64,000 nt of DNA from the human T2T-CHM13v2.0 reference genome, Homo sapiens: assembly GCF_009914755.1 (NCBI RefSeq), contig NC_060944.1. One strand, written 5' to 3'. The notes beneath the pieces were generated by a model that worked only from the letters and a program-made list of their open reading frames with translations, was not told the DNA's origin and did not search any database. Positions 1 through 13,720 of this stretch are shown piece after piece; position 1 is the first letter of the stretch; each line of letters starts with the position of its first letter. The position numbers were made by a program, and so were the translations under genes.

Positions 1-783
1 CTGAATGTGTTGAACCACCAAGCTCATCCTCCTTCCTCGCCTGAGTGTTTCAAAATATCCACAATTATCATTCCTTCTGAGCACAGAATTGCTTCCCTAT
101 TTGTAAGTTGGTTCAAGTGGCATGCAGAAATATTGATAAAGCGTGGATTCATATATTTTCTGATCGTTTCCCTAAAAGCAAAATAATTAAAATATTTTTA
201 GTGAGGTACGTATTTGGAACTTGCCTCATCAGTGAGGTTTTCTTTTTTCAACTCTAGTTACTTCTTTGGAAAACAATGTCTCTTTCCTACCGTTGTCTCT
301 TTCTGCATTTAACTCACTGATTTCCTAAAACTTAGGCTGCTTTGCAATCTGACAGCGTGTGGATGTGTTCAATGGCCTTTGAGACCCAGGAACAGTGAGC
401 CTGCTGCATCTAGTTCTGGCAACATAAGTTTAAGTGTAGCTACATTATTAGAGATAACGTCCTTATTGTTGTCCCGAAAGAGAACCCTGGGCTACGGTCC
501 AGCAAGAAGTGATACTGCCCTGAAAATTACTCTTTTTTTTTTTCTGGTTGTTCCGGTAAAGACTATCAACAACTAGGCAGTAATTTAAATTACCAGAATG
601 ACTGGACATGTCTCCTTTAGTAAGCTCATTACAAAAAGTGCATTGCTCAGAATTGCTCGACTTTGATTATAATTATCCTACGATCGATAAGGATCCAGGT
701 GTACGTAACATAACACTGTATCACATTATTTAAATCAGGTCCTTTTCATTAAGCTGTGTCTGTTGGTGCTGGCTAGTTTATTG

Positions 784-820
784 GTGTGTGTGGGTGTGTG
801 GGGGTGTGTGTGTGTGTGTG
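784..820. repeat. Interrupted (TG)n microsatellite
   Basis: gtgtgtgtgggtgtgtgggggtgtgtgtgtgtgtgtg. Confidence 0.9.
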
Positions 821-2700
821 TTAGAAACTTGTAACTATAGTTTCAGTTTTCTGGCCTATTATATTCCTACTGTCTTTGTATGTTTGTTTTGTATGATTCT
901 TATTATTTTCACCAGAAGCGGAAACCCTTTTTAAGCTGAAAAAGGATGATTCATTTCGTACACAGTGAGGGCCCTCTTACCTTATTTATTTGCTCACATA
1001 TTAATAGAGGAGACAGTTTTTCATGCAGTGTTTCTTCTGTTCATCTAAGGTCATCAATGCCCTACTCTATTTCAGCTGAAGTGGTTATTCACAAGTAAAG
1101 TTAGCCACTTTGGGGTTCTGTAGTCAGTTAACATCCAGGGAAGGGGAGAAGGTGGGTTCTAAGATTATGGCCATACTAACTTTTATCACTGCTTAAAATT
1201 AAACACAATGCACAACTGTAAGTAATTACACCCAAGGACTGATGTTGAAAGCTTGATTTCTAGCTTGATTAATGAATAATGGGAGATAGAAAAAGCCTGT
1301 GAGTGGATCCGAGCTGAGGCTCTCCCGGAGCGCTCTTTTTCCCAAGAACTGTTCCAGGCAATTTGATTCCTTTGTATTATTAGTTATAAGTTCCATGTTT
1401 CAAGGAATCAATTACAGAACTTTCTACTAAAGCAGGTATCTAAACAGAATAAACAAGATGATATTGTAAGTGATGAGGAATTTTAGTCTTTATTTGTTAT
1501 GTTCCTCCCCCTTCAGGGGGAAGGGATGTGAGGGGACAATTCTCTTTAAGGAAACAGCTAAATCAGAGTATTTCCCTCTGAAATGTCATTCTTCCTGGCT
1601 TTCTTAAGCTATGCTATTCCACCATACTATTACTTAGGGCAAGAAAAAAAAAGTTGAGAAAGCAGCCTACAGTACCCCAGGGGTTTGTGTTGTGTGTGCA
1701 TGCTTGCTTCCTTGGATGTATATTTCACTCACCATTAAAATACATCCACTATTACCTGAAAATATTGCAGGATTCAGTACCAGCATTTTCCCCTTCTATG
1801 CATTTCAAGGGAGATAGAGAAAATGGCAGGAAAGTAAAACAGAACGGTGTTTTGATTTGTTTGCATTTTGCAGGATGCAGAGTGGTTAAAAATTTAAAAT
1901 TGTAGACTTAGAATCTAACTCTTGATTTTCTACAGCCTATCTCAGCCTCTGTGCGCGCACATAAATAATACGTATTTTATTTCACCATACTGAACTGCTT
2001 TTATATTAATGACAGCCAATTGCAATAGAACACACAATCTTTTGTGAGCACATCTTGTGAATATATCTTTTATATATGTAAGTTATAGGATTCTGCCCCT
2101 GCCCACCCAAAGCAATTAGATGTTTCCCTCTTGCTGACTCTTAAAGGCTTTCTGATCACCCAGATCTGAAGAGTCTTGCAAGAAAGAACAGCTCCCTCAA
2201 TTTATTTTGTTTATTTAATATGGAGATGAATAATGCAGATTTTGTTTTCATGAATGTCCTTGTGTGGCAGTAAACATTAGACTATTAGCAATCATTACTT
2301 AAAAGTTGCAATTTGCACCTTAATAACACAGGTTATTTACATGGGAAACATAGTCAACAGGGACAACTCTGAACACTGCAACAGAGCAGAAATGACCTCA
2401 GAGATCTCTTTTCCACCTCTTGATAGTGATGACTCTGAATTAACCGGTGAGGTCCCAGAAATCTCAACCAACAGGATGGAGGGAGGGGGCAGGCAGCTCA
2501 GGGCGAAGTTTACCTTTAATTTACTGTCAAGTGGGACAGCTTTCAAGAGACTAGGAATCGGGTAGATTTGGGACCCTTCCTCCCTCACTTTGTTTAAACA
2601 TCCTTCAGAAAGACAAGTTCACATCTTGAATATTTAAATATCTCACGCGATGGATTCCTTCACTTGCCCAAAAGTATGTTTTTAACAAATGAATGGAAAA

Positions 2701-2702
<2 letters not shown>

Positions 2703-2744
<42 letters not shown>
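2703..2744. repeat. (AC)21 microsatellite
   Basis: Pure AC run. Confidence 0.98.
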
Positions 2745-2747
<3 letters not shown>

Positions 2748-5700
2748 TGGACACAATAAAGTCCAAAGGGTCTTAGCAGCACAAACTCTTTTGGCCATTC
2801 TTGTTACTTAAGGCAGATATCTGAAAAAGGAAGGATAGATTCCTTGAAATCGCTTGGTCCACACAACATTTTGGACGGAAATTGATTGCTTAAGTGGTCC
2901 TTTTCCCACCCCCGTCTTGATTTCCTTCTTCCACCTCTCACCTCACCCTTAAAGACTCAGACTGAATAGGACATCTCAAAAGCCCATTTGTTTTAGGCAT
3001 TTATTGATTTCATTTTTAATCTGCCATATCAGGACACAATACGTTAACCCTAATCAGCAGATTACAAGTGACAGAGAGTTTAGTGGAAACTCTGTAAGGG
3101 AGCAGGGGCTCCGGGAAACTTCTTGACAATGAAAATCTTCTCTGAGGCTTAAGAGTTTGGATGCTGAAGATTACTTTTGGGGAGGGGAGAAACATTCCTC
3201 AGAAACAGTCTACATTTTTTTCTTCCACTTTACATTTCTTTATCTCCCAGTTGCCCATTCTACTGCTACACTTTGGGAATGCTTAACACCCAAGAAATAC
3301 CTCCCAAGTATTTTTAGGAGGTCGGTCCCTGAAGCAGCTTGACTTTTGTCATAGTCTCCAACGGACGTTTATGCTTTCATTTCATCCCAGCTGATTTCTC
3401 ATTCATTTGACGGAATTTCTCCAAAGGATAATACCTGAGTTGATCTGTTTCTTTTCCCAGGGCCTTGGGAATTGTGCTGTCCATTGAATGGGTTTTGGTC
3501 ATGGGGGTGGGGGCACAGACTGAGCCTGGCATTTTTTAAAGCCATTGAAATGATGCCTCACTGTTCATCACTGCAGCTGAGCTTATCAAGTCAACCAAGA
3601 AGAAAACCTAGGCCCTGGTCACGTTTGTGCTATGCCTGTAATTAGCTGACACGAGGTAAATGTCCAAAGTCGACCTTCCCTTCCATCACTGTATTTATAC
3701 TATCAATTTTATTTGGGAATGTCATGGTCTGGGAAGACTCAGCCACTATTTCGAAGGCAATGCCTGCTTCTACCTAGGTCCCCTTTAAAAAAACACAGAA
3801 ATTGCCGAACAAATTCTATATTAAGACCAGGCATACACGGAGTATCATTTTCGTTTGATGCAAAGTCAGTTGGAAATACATTTAACTAACAGTTAAAGAG
3901 TGTCTTGCATCGCTTCCCTGAAGCAGTGGTTTTTCATTACATATTTAATTACAATCAAACTGAACGACTTTTATTAAAAAAATCACAGTGGTATTAAAAG
4001 AAGCCTGGCGCACAAATAATTTTATTGCTTCACAAGTTGAGAACGCTTTTATATTTTTATTTCTTTGAGAGAAATTTATTTTAATTTTCTAATGTTGTGA
4101 TAAATACAGACTATCTTTTACTGTAGTCTGTAATCAGGGAGAGCTTATCCTTCTATCTTTATAGAGTCTGCTTACCCCAGAATAGGTTTTTACATTCATT
4201 TTTCAGTAATTTGTAACAATTGGTATTTTTAATTTTTTTTTTAAGTTTTACAAGTTCTATTTAAAGTTAGAAATTCTCACATTCCTTAGGGTGATCTTTG
4301 GCAAGCAGCTCTTCGATTATAGGAGGAAGTTAGTCATTCTAACCACATAAGAAAGTGGAGAGTACTTGCTTGCTTACCTGAATATTACAGTAAGAAAAAA
4401 ACACCATCTATTTACATGCCTCTAACATGTAACACTATTTTCACTGGATTTATAATTTCTTTTTTTTTTCCTCCTACTGACCTTTCATTCACTTGTTTTG
4501 GGAACTTTTTCTGAGAAGAACGTTTAGAGATAGCATTTAAAGTGGATTTCAAGATACATCAGATTTTAAGACATTGTAATAAAAATTAGAGACTTCAGAG
4601 CCCAACGGTTCACTGCTAGTCTAGGTCTGCAAACTAATGAGAAAGCACCTCTGCAAACACATAGTTTCAACTTTAACTTGCACATGAATGGGGAGCGTCT
4701 CCAGCAGTGTGGCCGTATCCATATTGCTCATTTTGTCCGAGAAATTATTTTGTCCAAGGGTATCAGACTGAGGTCCGTTCAAAGACATTATATACATACA
4801 CAGAGACACAGAAGAGAAATCTGAGATGCGAGTGGGAATTGCTGATATATTTGTTTCCAAAGCAAACTCCATGAATGAAATGATTCAATAATTTGGAGGC
4901 ATTTGAAAGTCATTAAAATGGCCATTTGGAATTTTCAGTTGTTGCCTCCCTCAATTTTTTACGTTTCCCCTGTAGAAAAAGACATCCTCTGGGCACCCTC
5001 AAATATTCTGGGATGCTAAAGTCATGCTAAAATTATTTACAATTTTAGAAATTAAAATTCAGGAGGCACAGCAAGATAATCCGATTATTAATATATCAGT
5101 ATTATTTAGCTATGCATAACAACAGGAAAACGCACAATGCAAAAGTTTTAGAGATAATGAGCTTAGAGAAATTACATGGGGGGAAGAAATACCTGGATCA
5201 TATTTGAAAGCATTTGTCTTGAATTCTGCTCATCTAAATGAGAGCTCTCTTTCTACCTGTGTCATTTAAAAAACAATTTCAATATCCTCCTACCTGCTAC
5301 CCCAGCCTGAAGCAGGGACTAATGAAACTCTCTCTGGACACACAGATGTAAGACACTATATTACACAACACTTTTTAAAAAATTGTTTCAGAAAACCAAA
5401 TGTGGGCATGCAAACCAAAAGAAAAACCTCAAGGATCTTCGTAAGATAGCTAGCTCAGGGTTCAAGATCAAGAGAACTTTGTTGCGGCAGGATAAGAAGA
5501 CAACAGCATTGCGTTTTAGCTAAACATCTCTTCTTGGCAAATGAGAAGCGGTGAAGCAGGGAAGATTTTTTTAAGGAGCTTTTTAGCTCTTTTGCATCTC
5601 TCTCCAAAGACTAATTTAATTGAAAAGCTGTAGTGTCCATTTATGATTAAGGAAAGGCCTCATGTTTCCACAACACTGCTAGACACTAAGGTGGGTTTGA

Positions 5701-6469
5701 AGAAAAAAAAAAAAAGGCCAGCATTCTGCAGTTTCTGTTAGTATAAAAATTAAGATCACTGGTCTTAATTACTTGAGTGCTTTCAGAACTGAAGGAATAC
5801 TCTAAAATCACCCCTGAGCTTTCTTCTTAAAGCCACATCTAAGCCATTTCTATGGAAATTATATAGTTTAGATATTAAGGTGGGTAGAATACAGTTATTG
5901 CTTTTAATGAAAATAGTTACGAAGGGCAGAATGAGATAAAAACAGAGTTGGCAGCAGCCATTCTATTTGTAATGAATTTGAAAGAAACTTCCGTAATGCT
6001 TTACTGGATCATGAAAAACCCATGAAACCTTGTGACATGGGAGATACAAAAATGAGACAGAGGGTCAAGGTCTTCTATAGGGGAAAAATGGCTTGTGTAA
6101 GTGAGAGCAGTGGCATATAAATATCTCTATATAAACTGCACAGGGCTTACTTTAAATCACTTCAATTTATCAGATCCTTGGAATTTTTTTTATGTATTTA
6201 GGAGCCTCTCTTTTATACCCCAGAGAGATATGAATAGCTTCTGGGCCAAGATGATGCTGTAGAGAAGAGTCAAATCTATTCTATGTGCACGGTGCCATTT
6301 GGTACAGAAGAAATGCCAAAATGAAAAGCCATAAATGCGTTTTATATCAGAATTGCCTTTGGCTATTTTCCTTTATTAGAAAGTTGGGTACACTGCTGAG
6401 TGCTTCTTCTTGTTTTCCCCCTTGGGATTAGATTTGAGACTGTGGATGGAACAGCGGAGTAAGGGCAAG

Positions 6470-6760
6470 TGACTTGGGTTCTGGTTGCAGCCTTGCCCCA
6501 CGCTAGTTATTTAGCCCCGGGCAAGCTCTAGAGATAAACCTTACTCTCCGGGTAAGAATGTGAGTTTTTGGAGTCAGACTGATTGAAGTTCAAGTCTCTA
6601 GGTCTAATTCTTATTCGGCCGCGTAAACTTGGGCAGGCTGCTCAAATCTCTGCCCTCCACTTTCTAATCTATAAAATGGGGGCAATCATATGTTCCAGGT
6701 GTGTGGAAAGGATTGTGTCAGAGGAGGGCTGAGAAAGTGTGCTGAAACTGTTAGGCACCA
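6470..6760 (+). mobile_element. MIR SINE fragment(s)
   Basis: ggagtcagactg...ttgggcagg...ctctgccctccactttctaatctataaaatgggg resembles the MIR core; approximate bounds. Confidence 0.7.
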
Positions 6761-7120
6761 CAGGGATACGAGGGAATAGTGTGTCTTTACCCTGAATAAC
6801 CAGACTATGGAAAATTTATATTAACTGGGAAACAAGCAACTTACCAGTTATCACAGAACAAGGGGTCCAGGGCTTGAAAGAAACCAGATATGGATGGATT
6901 TTGATTTGTAAGCCTGGAAACACAATGGCTAAGCAGTGTTTTAGCCTCTTCTCCTGAGGCAGACTCATTCTGGGCTGTTTGGAGTCCAGCACCCGCTCAA
7001 AAAAGAGTTTCTTTCCCAAGAAATAGAATTTATAGCACCACCAACAACGGTAACAATGGTAACAATGATATCTGCCACTAAACAAGTGCTTTTTACATAC
7101 CACGTGCTTTATATGTTTAC

Positions 7121-7425
7121 ATTTATTCGTTTACACGGCAGTTATTTCTTGAGTTCCTACTATGTGTCAGATGCTGTTCTACTACCTGGACCTGGAGGTG
7201 AATAGGATGGGGATGATCCCTGGGGATCTTGCCCTCCAATTGGGGGAAGCTAGAGAATATACAAAGAAATTTATAAAGGAAAAGATAATTTCAGTATAGA
7301 AAAAAAGCTTCATGATGGCAATAGCTTTATAAAAGCAAAATTATGAGAGCAGGAGTTGGGACAACAGAGATGTAGATGGTCAGGGGAGACCTCTCAGAGG
7401 AGGGGACATCTGGGCTAAGTCCTGT
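7121..7425 (-). mobile_element. L2 LINE 3' fragment flanked by MIR pieces
   Basis: atttattcgt...tgagttcctactatgtgtcagatgctgttct...tggtcaggggagacctctcagaggagggacatctggg. Confidence 0.7.
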
Positions 7426-7429
7426 TCCT

Positions 7430-7570
7430 TATAACTTTCAAGTATAATCCCTGTTTTACTGATGAGAATCTGAGTAAGTTGCAGGATAACTCATTCAAGT
7501 TCGTGCGGTAGCCAAGCTGAGTTTTAAACTCAGCTCTTCCTGCTTCCAAAGTCCATGCATTTAATTTATT
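7430..7570 (-). mobile_element. MIR fragment
   Basis: atccctgttttactgatgagaatctgag...aaactcagctcttcctgcttccaaagtccatgc. Confidence 0.65.
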
Positions 7571-7802
7571 ATGATCGTTTATCTAGAATAGTCATAGCGA
7601 GTTGCCAGGAAGGACCCAAGGAAGAACCCTCAGTCTTATTATTCTCCCCCTGTGTCTATTGTGATGTCTAAAGCTATGGGGTTAATTGAGAGCCTAGACG
7701 GAGGATGCTGCCTTTAGCGGCATCTCCAGATAGAATCTTCAGGCCAACTCCTGTCATCTGAAGTTGTCTCTTTATGGGATGTTCTTTCATATGTCCGTAC
7801 AT

Positions 7803-8190
7803 GCATTCATTTGTTCAACAAATATTGGCTGTGCATCTATTATGTGCCAGGTATTGTTCTAGGTGCTGTAAAAATAACAGTAGACAAGAATAGAGATGCC
7901 CCTGCCCTCACACAGCTAATATTCTTGTGGGCTAGCCTAAAAAGCTAACAAACAAATAAATATATAACACAATATTGAATAGTCCTAATTGCATTTCATA
8001 AGAATAAATCTGGCTTCATGAGGTAGAGTATGATGGAGGGTTGCCATGTTATATAGAGTGGTCAGGGGAGCTATTTCTCCAGTGGTGATTTGATCAGACC
8101 TGAAAAAAAAGTGAGAGACTAGCCAAGCACAGGGCTGGGAGAAGCAGTCCAGGCAGAGGAAGGAGGAAATGCCAAAGGCCTAAGGAGGTG
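7803..8190 (-). mobile_element. L2 LINE 3' fragment
   Basis: cattcatttgttcaacaaatatt...tatgtgccaggtattgttctaggtgctg...ccctgccctc...caggcagagga...caaaggcct. Confidence 0.85.
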
Positions 8191-8399
8191 ATGTGATCTG
8201 ATTGGTTATTAGTTGAACATAGGTCCTGTTTGTATTTCAAAAGTGATGATGGACTTGGGCATGTTTGCTCTCTCCGTCTACTTACCCAGCCCCTAGTGAT
8301 GGTGAGTAGGATGCTTAGGATGATAGAGGTGGCAGCTGGAGATAAAAACACATTCCCAGCCTTCATAGAGAGATTGGTGCTGTGATGGATGACATGGCG

Positions 8400-8600
8400 A
8401 GGCTGTGGAAAGGCATTGTTAAGAGTCAAGCCGACCTGGGGTCCAACTGCAGCCAGCTGTGCACTCAGAAGCAAGTTTCCTCACCTCATTGCACCTCAGC
8501 GTTTTCATCTGTCAGATGGGGATAAGAATTTTGCTCACCTCACATTTTACTTGTGATAATTAGATTATGTGACACATATAAAACTCTTGGTGCGGGCCCA
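8400..8600 (+). mobile_element. MIR SINE
   Basis: gcaagtttcctcacctcattgcacctcagcgttttcatctgtcagatggggataa. Confidence 0.7.
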
Positions 8601-8929
8601 GTATTTACATGGGTTCTTCCTCACAAATGAATGTTTTTTATTCTTGCACTTAATTGTGTTTTCTTTTCTGCAGGAATTCTGAGAGAAATCTAGGCACCTG
8701 AGTTAGTCCTTGGCACCGTTTAGGCAGTAACCAAATATTTCCTGATGAATGAATAAATGAAACTGTAAAGAAATGAATGCTTTCATTCATATATTGCTTT
8801 GTATACTAATTAATTACTTTCAAGTATAAGGATCTCTTTCATAGGTCTAAAACTTTTAGCAGACCTCTGGACCAATTGCAAATCCTAGCTGTTCTTAGAA
8901 TATGTTTCAAATGAGAAAATATTAATGAC

Positions 8930-9290
8930 CAAAAGACGATGATTTTCGTCTGAATCTTGTATTTTGCGCATCGTGACATCACGTGCCTTCGACTGAAGAG
9001 CAGTGATATCCCTTTGTGCGGTAAATATTGTGCATTCATCTTCTAGACAGTGCTTGCTGAGAACATGGATGGAGGGGAAGGAGTGGAGGGTCCTCATTTC
9101 TGACCCTGAGGTTCAGCCTCTCCCTGCGCGCTCTCCAAGTGGTGCTCCGAGCCCCCCAGGACCTGGCAACTCTGTCCCTCCCCCACGGGGAACCCGCGCT
9201 CATCCCCTCAGGCCCCAGGCGGCGAAGCTTAGGGGTTGTTAAGCTAATGGGAATAGGCTACGGGCTGTTTCCTGGTAACGCCTTCTTCAC
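8930..9290. promoter_or_regulatory. Candidate CpG-rich regulatory element (CRE-like/E-box, CTCF-like motif)
   Basis: TGACATCA 8974-8981 overlapping CACGTG 8980-8985; GGCCCCAGGCGGCGA 9211-9225 resembles the CTCF core; local CpG excess. Confidence 0.4.
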
Positions 9291-9429
9291 TTTTTAATTG
9301 TCACCTCCAGATAAGTGCCTGAGAGCAGGAAGAAGGGAAGCTGGCTGGCTGCCTGTTAAGATGTATCTTAGGACAAAGAGATTTGGGATCCTGGAGAGCA
9401 CGGGGGAGATTCTGCTGCCTGCCTTAGGA

Positions 9430-10080
9430 CCTTTATGAACAAGCGTGATGTTGGGAGGGCGGCTGTGGCTGTGTACCAGGTGCTGTAGGAGGCGCTGGAA
9501 CTGGAGCCTTGCATCCGAATGACAAAGTGCCTGCCTTCCCGGAGCTTACATTGAGTGCGGAGGACAGACCAGGGACTAGCCAGCAGACAGTCCCATGTGT
9601 CAGGGTCTGGTGTTTGCAGAGGGTGTTTGCAGGGGTAGAGCATGACAGGAAGTGGCTGTTTTGGATAAGACGATCAGGAAAGGTACCCGTCTGCGGAAGT
9701 GATACTGGGTCTGGAGTGAAGCGGTTGGAAGAAAACTGCACCTCTCTGGAGGAAGACAGTGCCAGGCACAGCTGAAAATCCGGGGCTAGAGCTACTGGGA
9801 GGAACAGGAGGAGCAGCTGGGAAACTGGGTGGCCGGAGCACACGGGGAGGGTGAGCAGGGAGGGTAAAGATAAGCAAGCAAGGGGCTGGGGCTGTCACCG
9901 AGGTGGGGTGCCTCGGAGGGTGCAGGAGCAGAGTCAGGATCTGACTTAGGTTTGATAGGCTCCTCTGGCTGTCCTGCGATTTATCAGGGACCCAGGTTGC
10001 GAGCAGGCCGACCACTCAAGAGGCGTCTACATCAATGCAGTCAAAGGCTATGCTGACTTGGACCAGATGGATGGCGGAAG
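9430..10080 (-). mobile_element. L2 LINE fragment, unusually GC/CpG-rich
   Basis: tgtgtaccaggtgctgt...cctgccttcccggagcttacatt...gatctgacttaggtttgataggctcctctggctg. Confidence 0.7.
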
Positions 10081-10429
10081 AGCCATGACAGTGGTCCGGG
10101 GAGAGACCACAAGTTTGCAGGCAGGGTGCTAGTGAAAAAGAGGCGTCTACTGAAAGCTGTCCAGGAGAAATCAGACTAGGTTAGCCATGAATATTTTCTC
10201 TAATTCTGTCTTCTATTTTTCTCCTCCAGTTATATGTAAGGGTCTTACTGCAAATTGTCAGTCTATCGTTCTCTGAGCCAAAGTGGAAACCAATAAAAGT
10301 GTTGGGAGCTGCCTACATTCTAGAACTGACCGTACAGGGAAAGAGGCCACACTTTTCCACGCATATTTCCTGGAGTCCTGGAATGGCTTCTTCACATATT
10401 TCTCCACCCCCATTAGACAACTCAGTCAC

Positions 10430-11000
10430 TAGGCAAGAGGATGGATCTTGGAGTCTGACAGACAGGCATGGGTTCAATTTCTCTCCAACGATTATTTCAT
10501 CTCGGTGTGACCTCAGGCATCTTTGCTTTCCCAGACTTTGTTTTCTCATTAGCAAAACAGACCTAATAAAAGGACTCATTTCATAGGTTTTTTATGAGGA
10601 TTAATTGAGATAAACCAGATAATACGCTTAACACCGTGGTACTTGCAATGAAGAAAATGGTGAATGGTACATACATGGTAAGTGGTCAATACATTTTAGT
10701 CATTCTATTAACAAGTTAATAATCCTCTCCATGCCTTGATTTCCTTATTGGTAGAATGGGGATAATAAAACCCCCTTCTGGGTAGTTGGGAGAAGTCAAG
10801 CATTAATACCAGTGAAGCACTTCAAATGGTGCTTTGCATACAGCGAGTGCTCAATAAATGTTAAATTCTTAAAATCATCACCACGATTCTGACCTTATGG
10901 ACTTTGAAGGGCAGATGTTGTGTCTCATTGCTTTCGTGTCCACAAGACCTGGCACATAGACGATGCTCAATAAATATTATTTGAAGGAGTGAATGATGGT
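10430..11000 (+). mobile_element. Cluster of two MIRs and an L2 3' tail
   Basis: gggttcaa...gtgtgacctcaggc; ttccttattggtagaatggggataataa...gtgctcaataaatgtta; cctggcacatagacgatgctcaataaatattatttgaaggagtgaatga. Confidence 0.7.
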
Positions 11001-11384
11001 GACATGGTTCTTAGGAGTTAAAATGAGAAAACCCAAGGAGCCGAAAGCATGTCTCTACGGGGAAAGGTTAGAGAGCACTGACTCAAACCATCGTCTCCAA
11101 TTATGCAGTTTTAATGAGGAAGCAAGCCCAACCTTGAACATTATTTAAGCCAGAGTTATCCCAATAAGCATTTTCCTACCATGAGTGGTAGATTAAGTAG
11201 CATTGAGTCATGTAGTGAAAGTAATGTCCCTTCTTCATACCATTTCAATGCCTCTGGTAAGTCAAGAGAAAGTCTTTGATAATAGCCTATTTTTAACACC
11301 TCTCACCCTTGTTTGTCAGAAAGAGCAGACCTCAGATTCAGAGACTTTAGCAAGCAAAGATATCCAGTAAAGAAATGAAATAAT

Positions 11385-11698
11385 GGCCGGGCACAGTGGC
11401 TCACGCCTGTAATCCCAGCACTTTGGGAGTCCTAGGCAGGCGGATCACGAGGTTGGGAGTTCGAGACCAGCCTGACCAACATGGTGAAACCCCGTCTCTA
11501 CTAAAAATACAGAAAAAAAAAAAATTAGCCGGGCGTGGTGGTGGCACATGCCTGTAAACCCAGCTACTCAGGAGGCTGAAGCAGGAGAATTGCTTGAACC
11601 CGGGAGGCGGAGGTTGCAGTGAGAGCCGAGATTATGCCACTGCACTCCAGCCTGGGCAATGGAGCAAGAATCCATCAAAAAAAAAAAAAGAAAGAAAG
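11385..11698 (+). mobile_element. Full-length AluS (Sg-like)
   Basis: ggccgggcacagtggctcacgcc...ggatcacgagg...A/GAAA tail; 16-bp TSD aaagaaatgaaataat at 11369-11384 and 11699-11714. Confidence 0.97.
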
Positions 11699-11722
11699 AA
11701 AGAAATGAAATAATAATCTCAG

Positions 11723-12077
<355 letters not shown>

Positions 12078-12498
12078 TCATTGACTATGACATAAATTTT
12101 TGTTTTAAAATAAAATTACGGCAAGAAAAAAGAAGGAATGGTTTTAAAGAAATATTAAAAAATCAATTGTGTGTGTGTGTGGTGTGTTTGTGTGTTTTGT
12201 GTGTGTGTGTGTATGTAGGGGAAGATGTTGCACAAGCTGTGAAGAGGGGGTAGAATGATGTGAGGACACTGCAATGCCAGGGCAGGGCAAGGTGCAGAAG
12301 AAGCTGTGAGTAAGGGCTGTCAAGAAACCCCCAGAAGATAGAGGCTTTCATTAAAACTTCCAAAAACTTTGGAAATCTGAAGGAATCTCCTCTCCCAGGA
12401 TATCAGCGGGAAGCTCAGGAAAGTCTTTACTCACCCCCAAAATTTTGCAAATATGGAGGGAATGGGAATGATTTCCTGGTTTTGCATCTAGAATAGAG

Positions 12499-12640
12499 GA
12501 GTGGTTCTCAACCTTTATTTGGTATACTCATCACTTGGAGAAGTTGCTAAAATGCAAATTTGCAGATTCCAGACCTACAGCCTAGAGATTCTGATTCCAT
12601 AGGAGGGGAATGAGGCCCATGAATCTGGGAATCTGTACAT
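12499..12640. mobile_element. MER5-family hAT-Charlie MITE
   Basis: agtggttctcaacct...aatgca...gcagattcc...agagattctgattc...ggcccatgaatctg. Confidence 0.7.
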
Positions 12641-12719
12641 TAGATATCCATTAATCCATTTGAATTACAGGATAACAGGAAAAAGTACATAAAATTTATA
12701 TAAGTTCCCTTTTTTTATA

Positions 12720-12822
12720 CTCTTTCTCTCTCCTCTCTCTCTCTCTTTCTCTCTCCTCTCTCTCTCTCTTTCCCTCTCTCTTTCTCCCTCTCTCTCTTCT
12801 CTCTCTCCTCTCTCTCTCTCTC
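12720..12822. repeat. Imperfect (CT)n polypyrimidine tract
   Basis: About 100 bp of CT/CCT/CTT repeats. Confidence 0.95.
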
Positions 12823-13499
12823 CCCTACCCCCAAAATGCCAAAGCACTTATATTTTAAAAGTTGTTTCAAAGTTGTTTGAGGGGTCCATTTTCACTTGTG
12901 GCTTTTAGTGAACAGAAAAAAATATAAGAAGGCTCTCTATTGTGTTACAGCGAGGAAATGCATGCATTTACACATTTGTCTACCTGGTCTCAGCATGAAA
13001 CAGAGCCCAGAAAAGTCTTCAATTAAGAAGGAGAAAGACAAGCAATCCAGAAAATAATTTAAGAGGGCTTTGTCTGCTTGGGAGCCAGCTGGCAACCTGG
13101 GTTCCAGATCAGTGAGACAAGAAAGAAGCAAAAGGGATCTCTCAGACTTGATTCTTTATTTCTTACACCCTACAATTCTCAAGACTCTATAGAATGAGGG
13201 CAGAAAACCTGGGTTGTATTTTTTGGAATCTCCTCTACTTTCTTGTTATCTGTTTCATATTTTTTCATACTTTTTCAATGACTTCTCTTCTTTTTTATTC
13301 TTCCTTCATTTCCTTTGTTCTTTCCTGATTTCCTTTCCTGAATCAGACTTCCAAGCCCTTTCTATGTAGTACCGGTGATCCATGGGTGAATGTGATAAAA
13401 ACGATGATGGTGCTAATGATGAACATGACACTAACTGTCATCGCCTTAATGGTTACCATTTCTTGACCCATATAACAACGAAGCCAAAAGGACTAAGCT

Positions 13500-13720
13500 T
13501 GTACCTAACATTTACCAAGCACTGGCTACATTCAGGTTGTTTATATACAATCTCTCCCCGAGACATCCTGTAAGCTGGTTATGATTATTGGCCAATTGAA
13601 TAGATACGGAAACCTAAGTTTTGGAAATTTCAAGGAGCTTGACTAAGATGATGACAAGCTTTTAGATAGGATACTGAAGCCCAGGCCCACCTATCAGAGT
13701 CCAAGCTCTCAGACACTATG
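13500..13720 (-). mobile_element. MIR SINE
   Basis: catttaccaagcact...agatacggaaacctaag...cttgactaagatga...atcagagtccaagctct. Confidence 0.6.

Noticed and set aside
4105-4132. Short inverted repeats (9-bp arms here; 8-bp arms at 5748-5770 and 42005-42021)
   Set aside because: Arm lengths are within chance expectation for 64 kb of AT-rich DNA.
8650-8680. Strong isolated splice acceptor ttttcttttctgcag
   Set aside because: No convincing paired donor or reading frame; such sites are common in introns.
10018-10150. 13-bp direct repeat aagaggcgtctac 120 bp apart as a TSD
   Set aside because: No poly-A tail or distinct element between the copies and the intervening sequence continues the L2; probably chance or an old local duplication.
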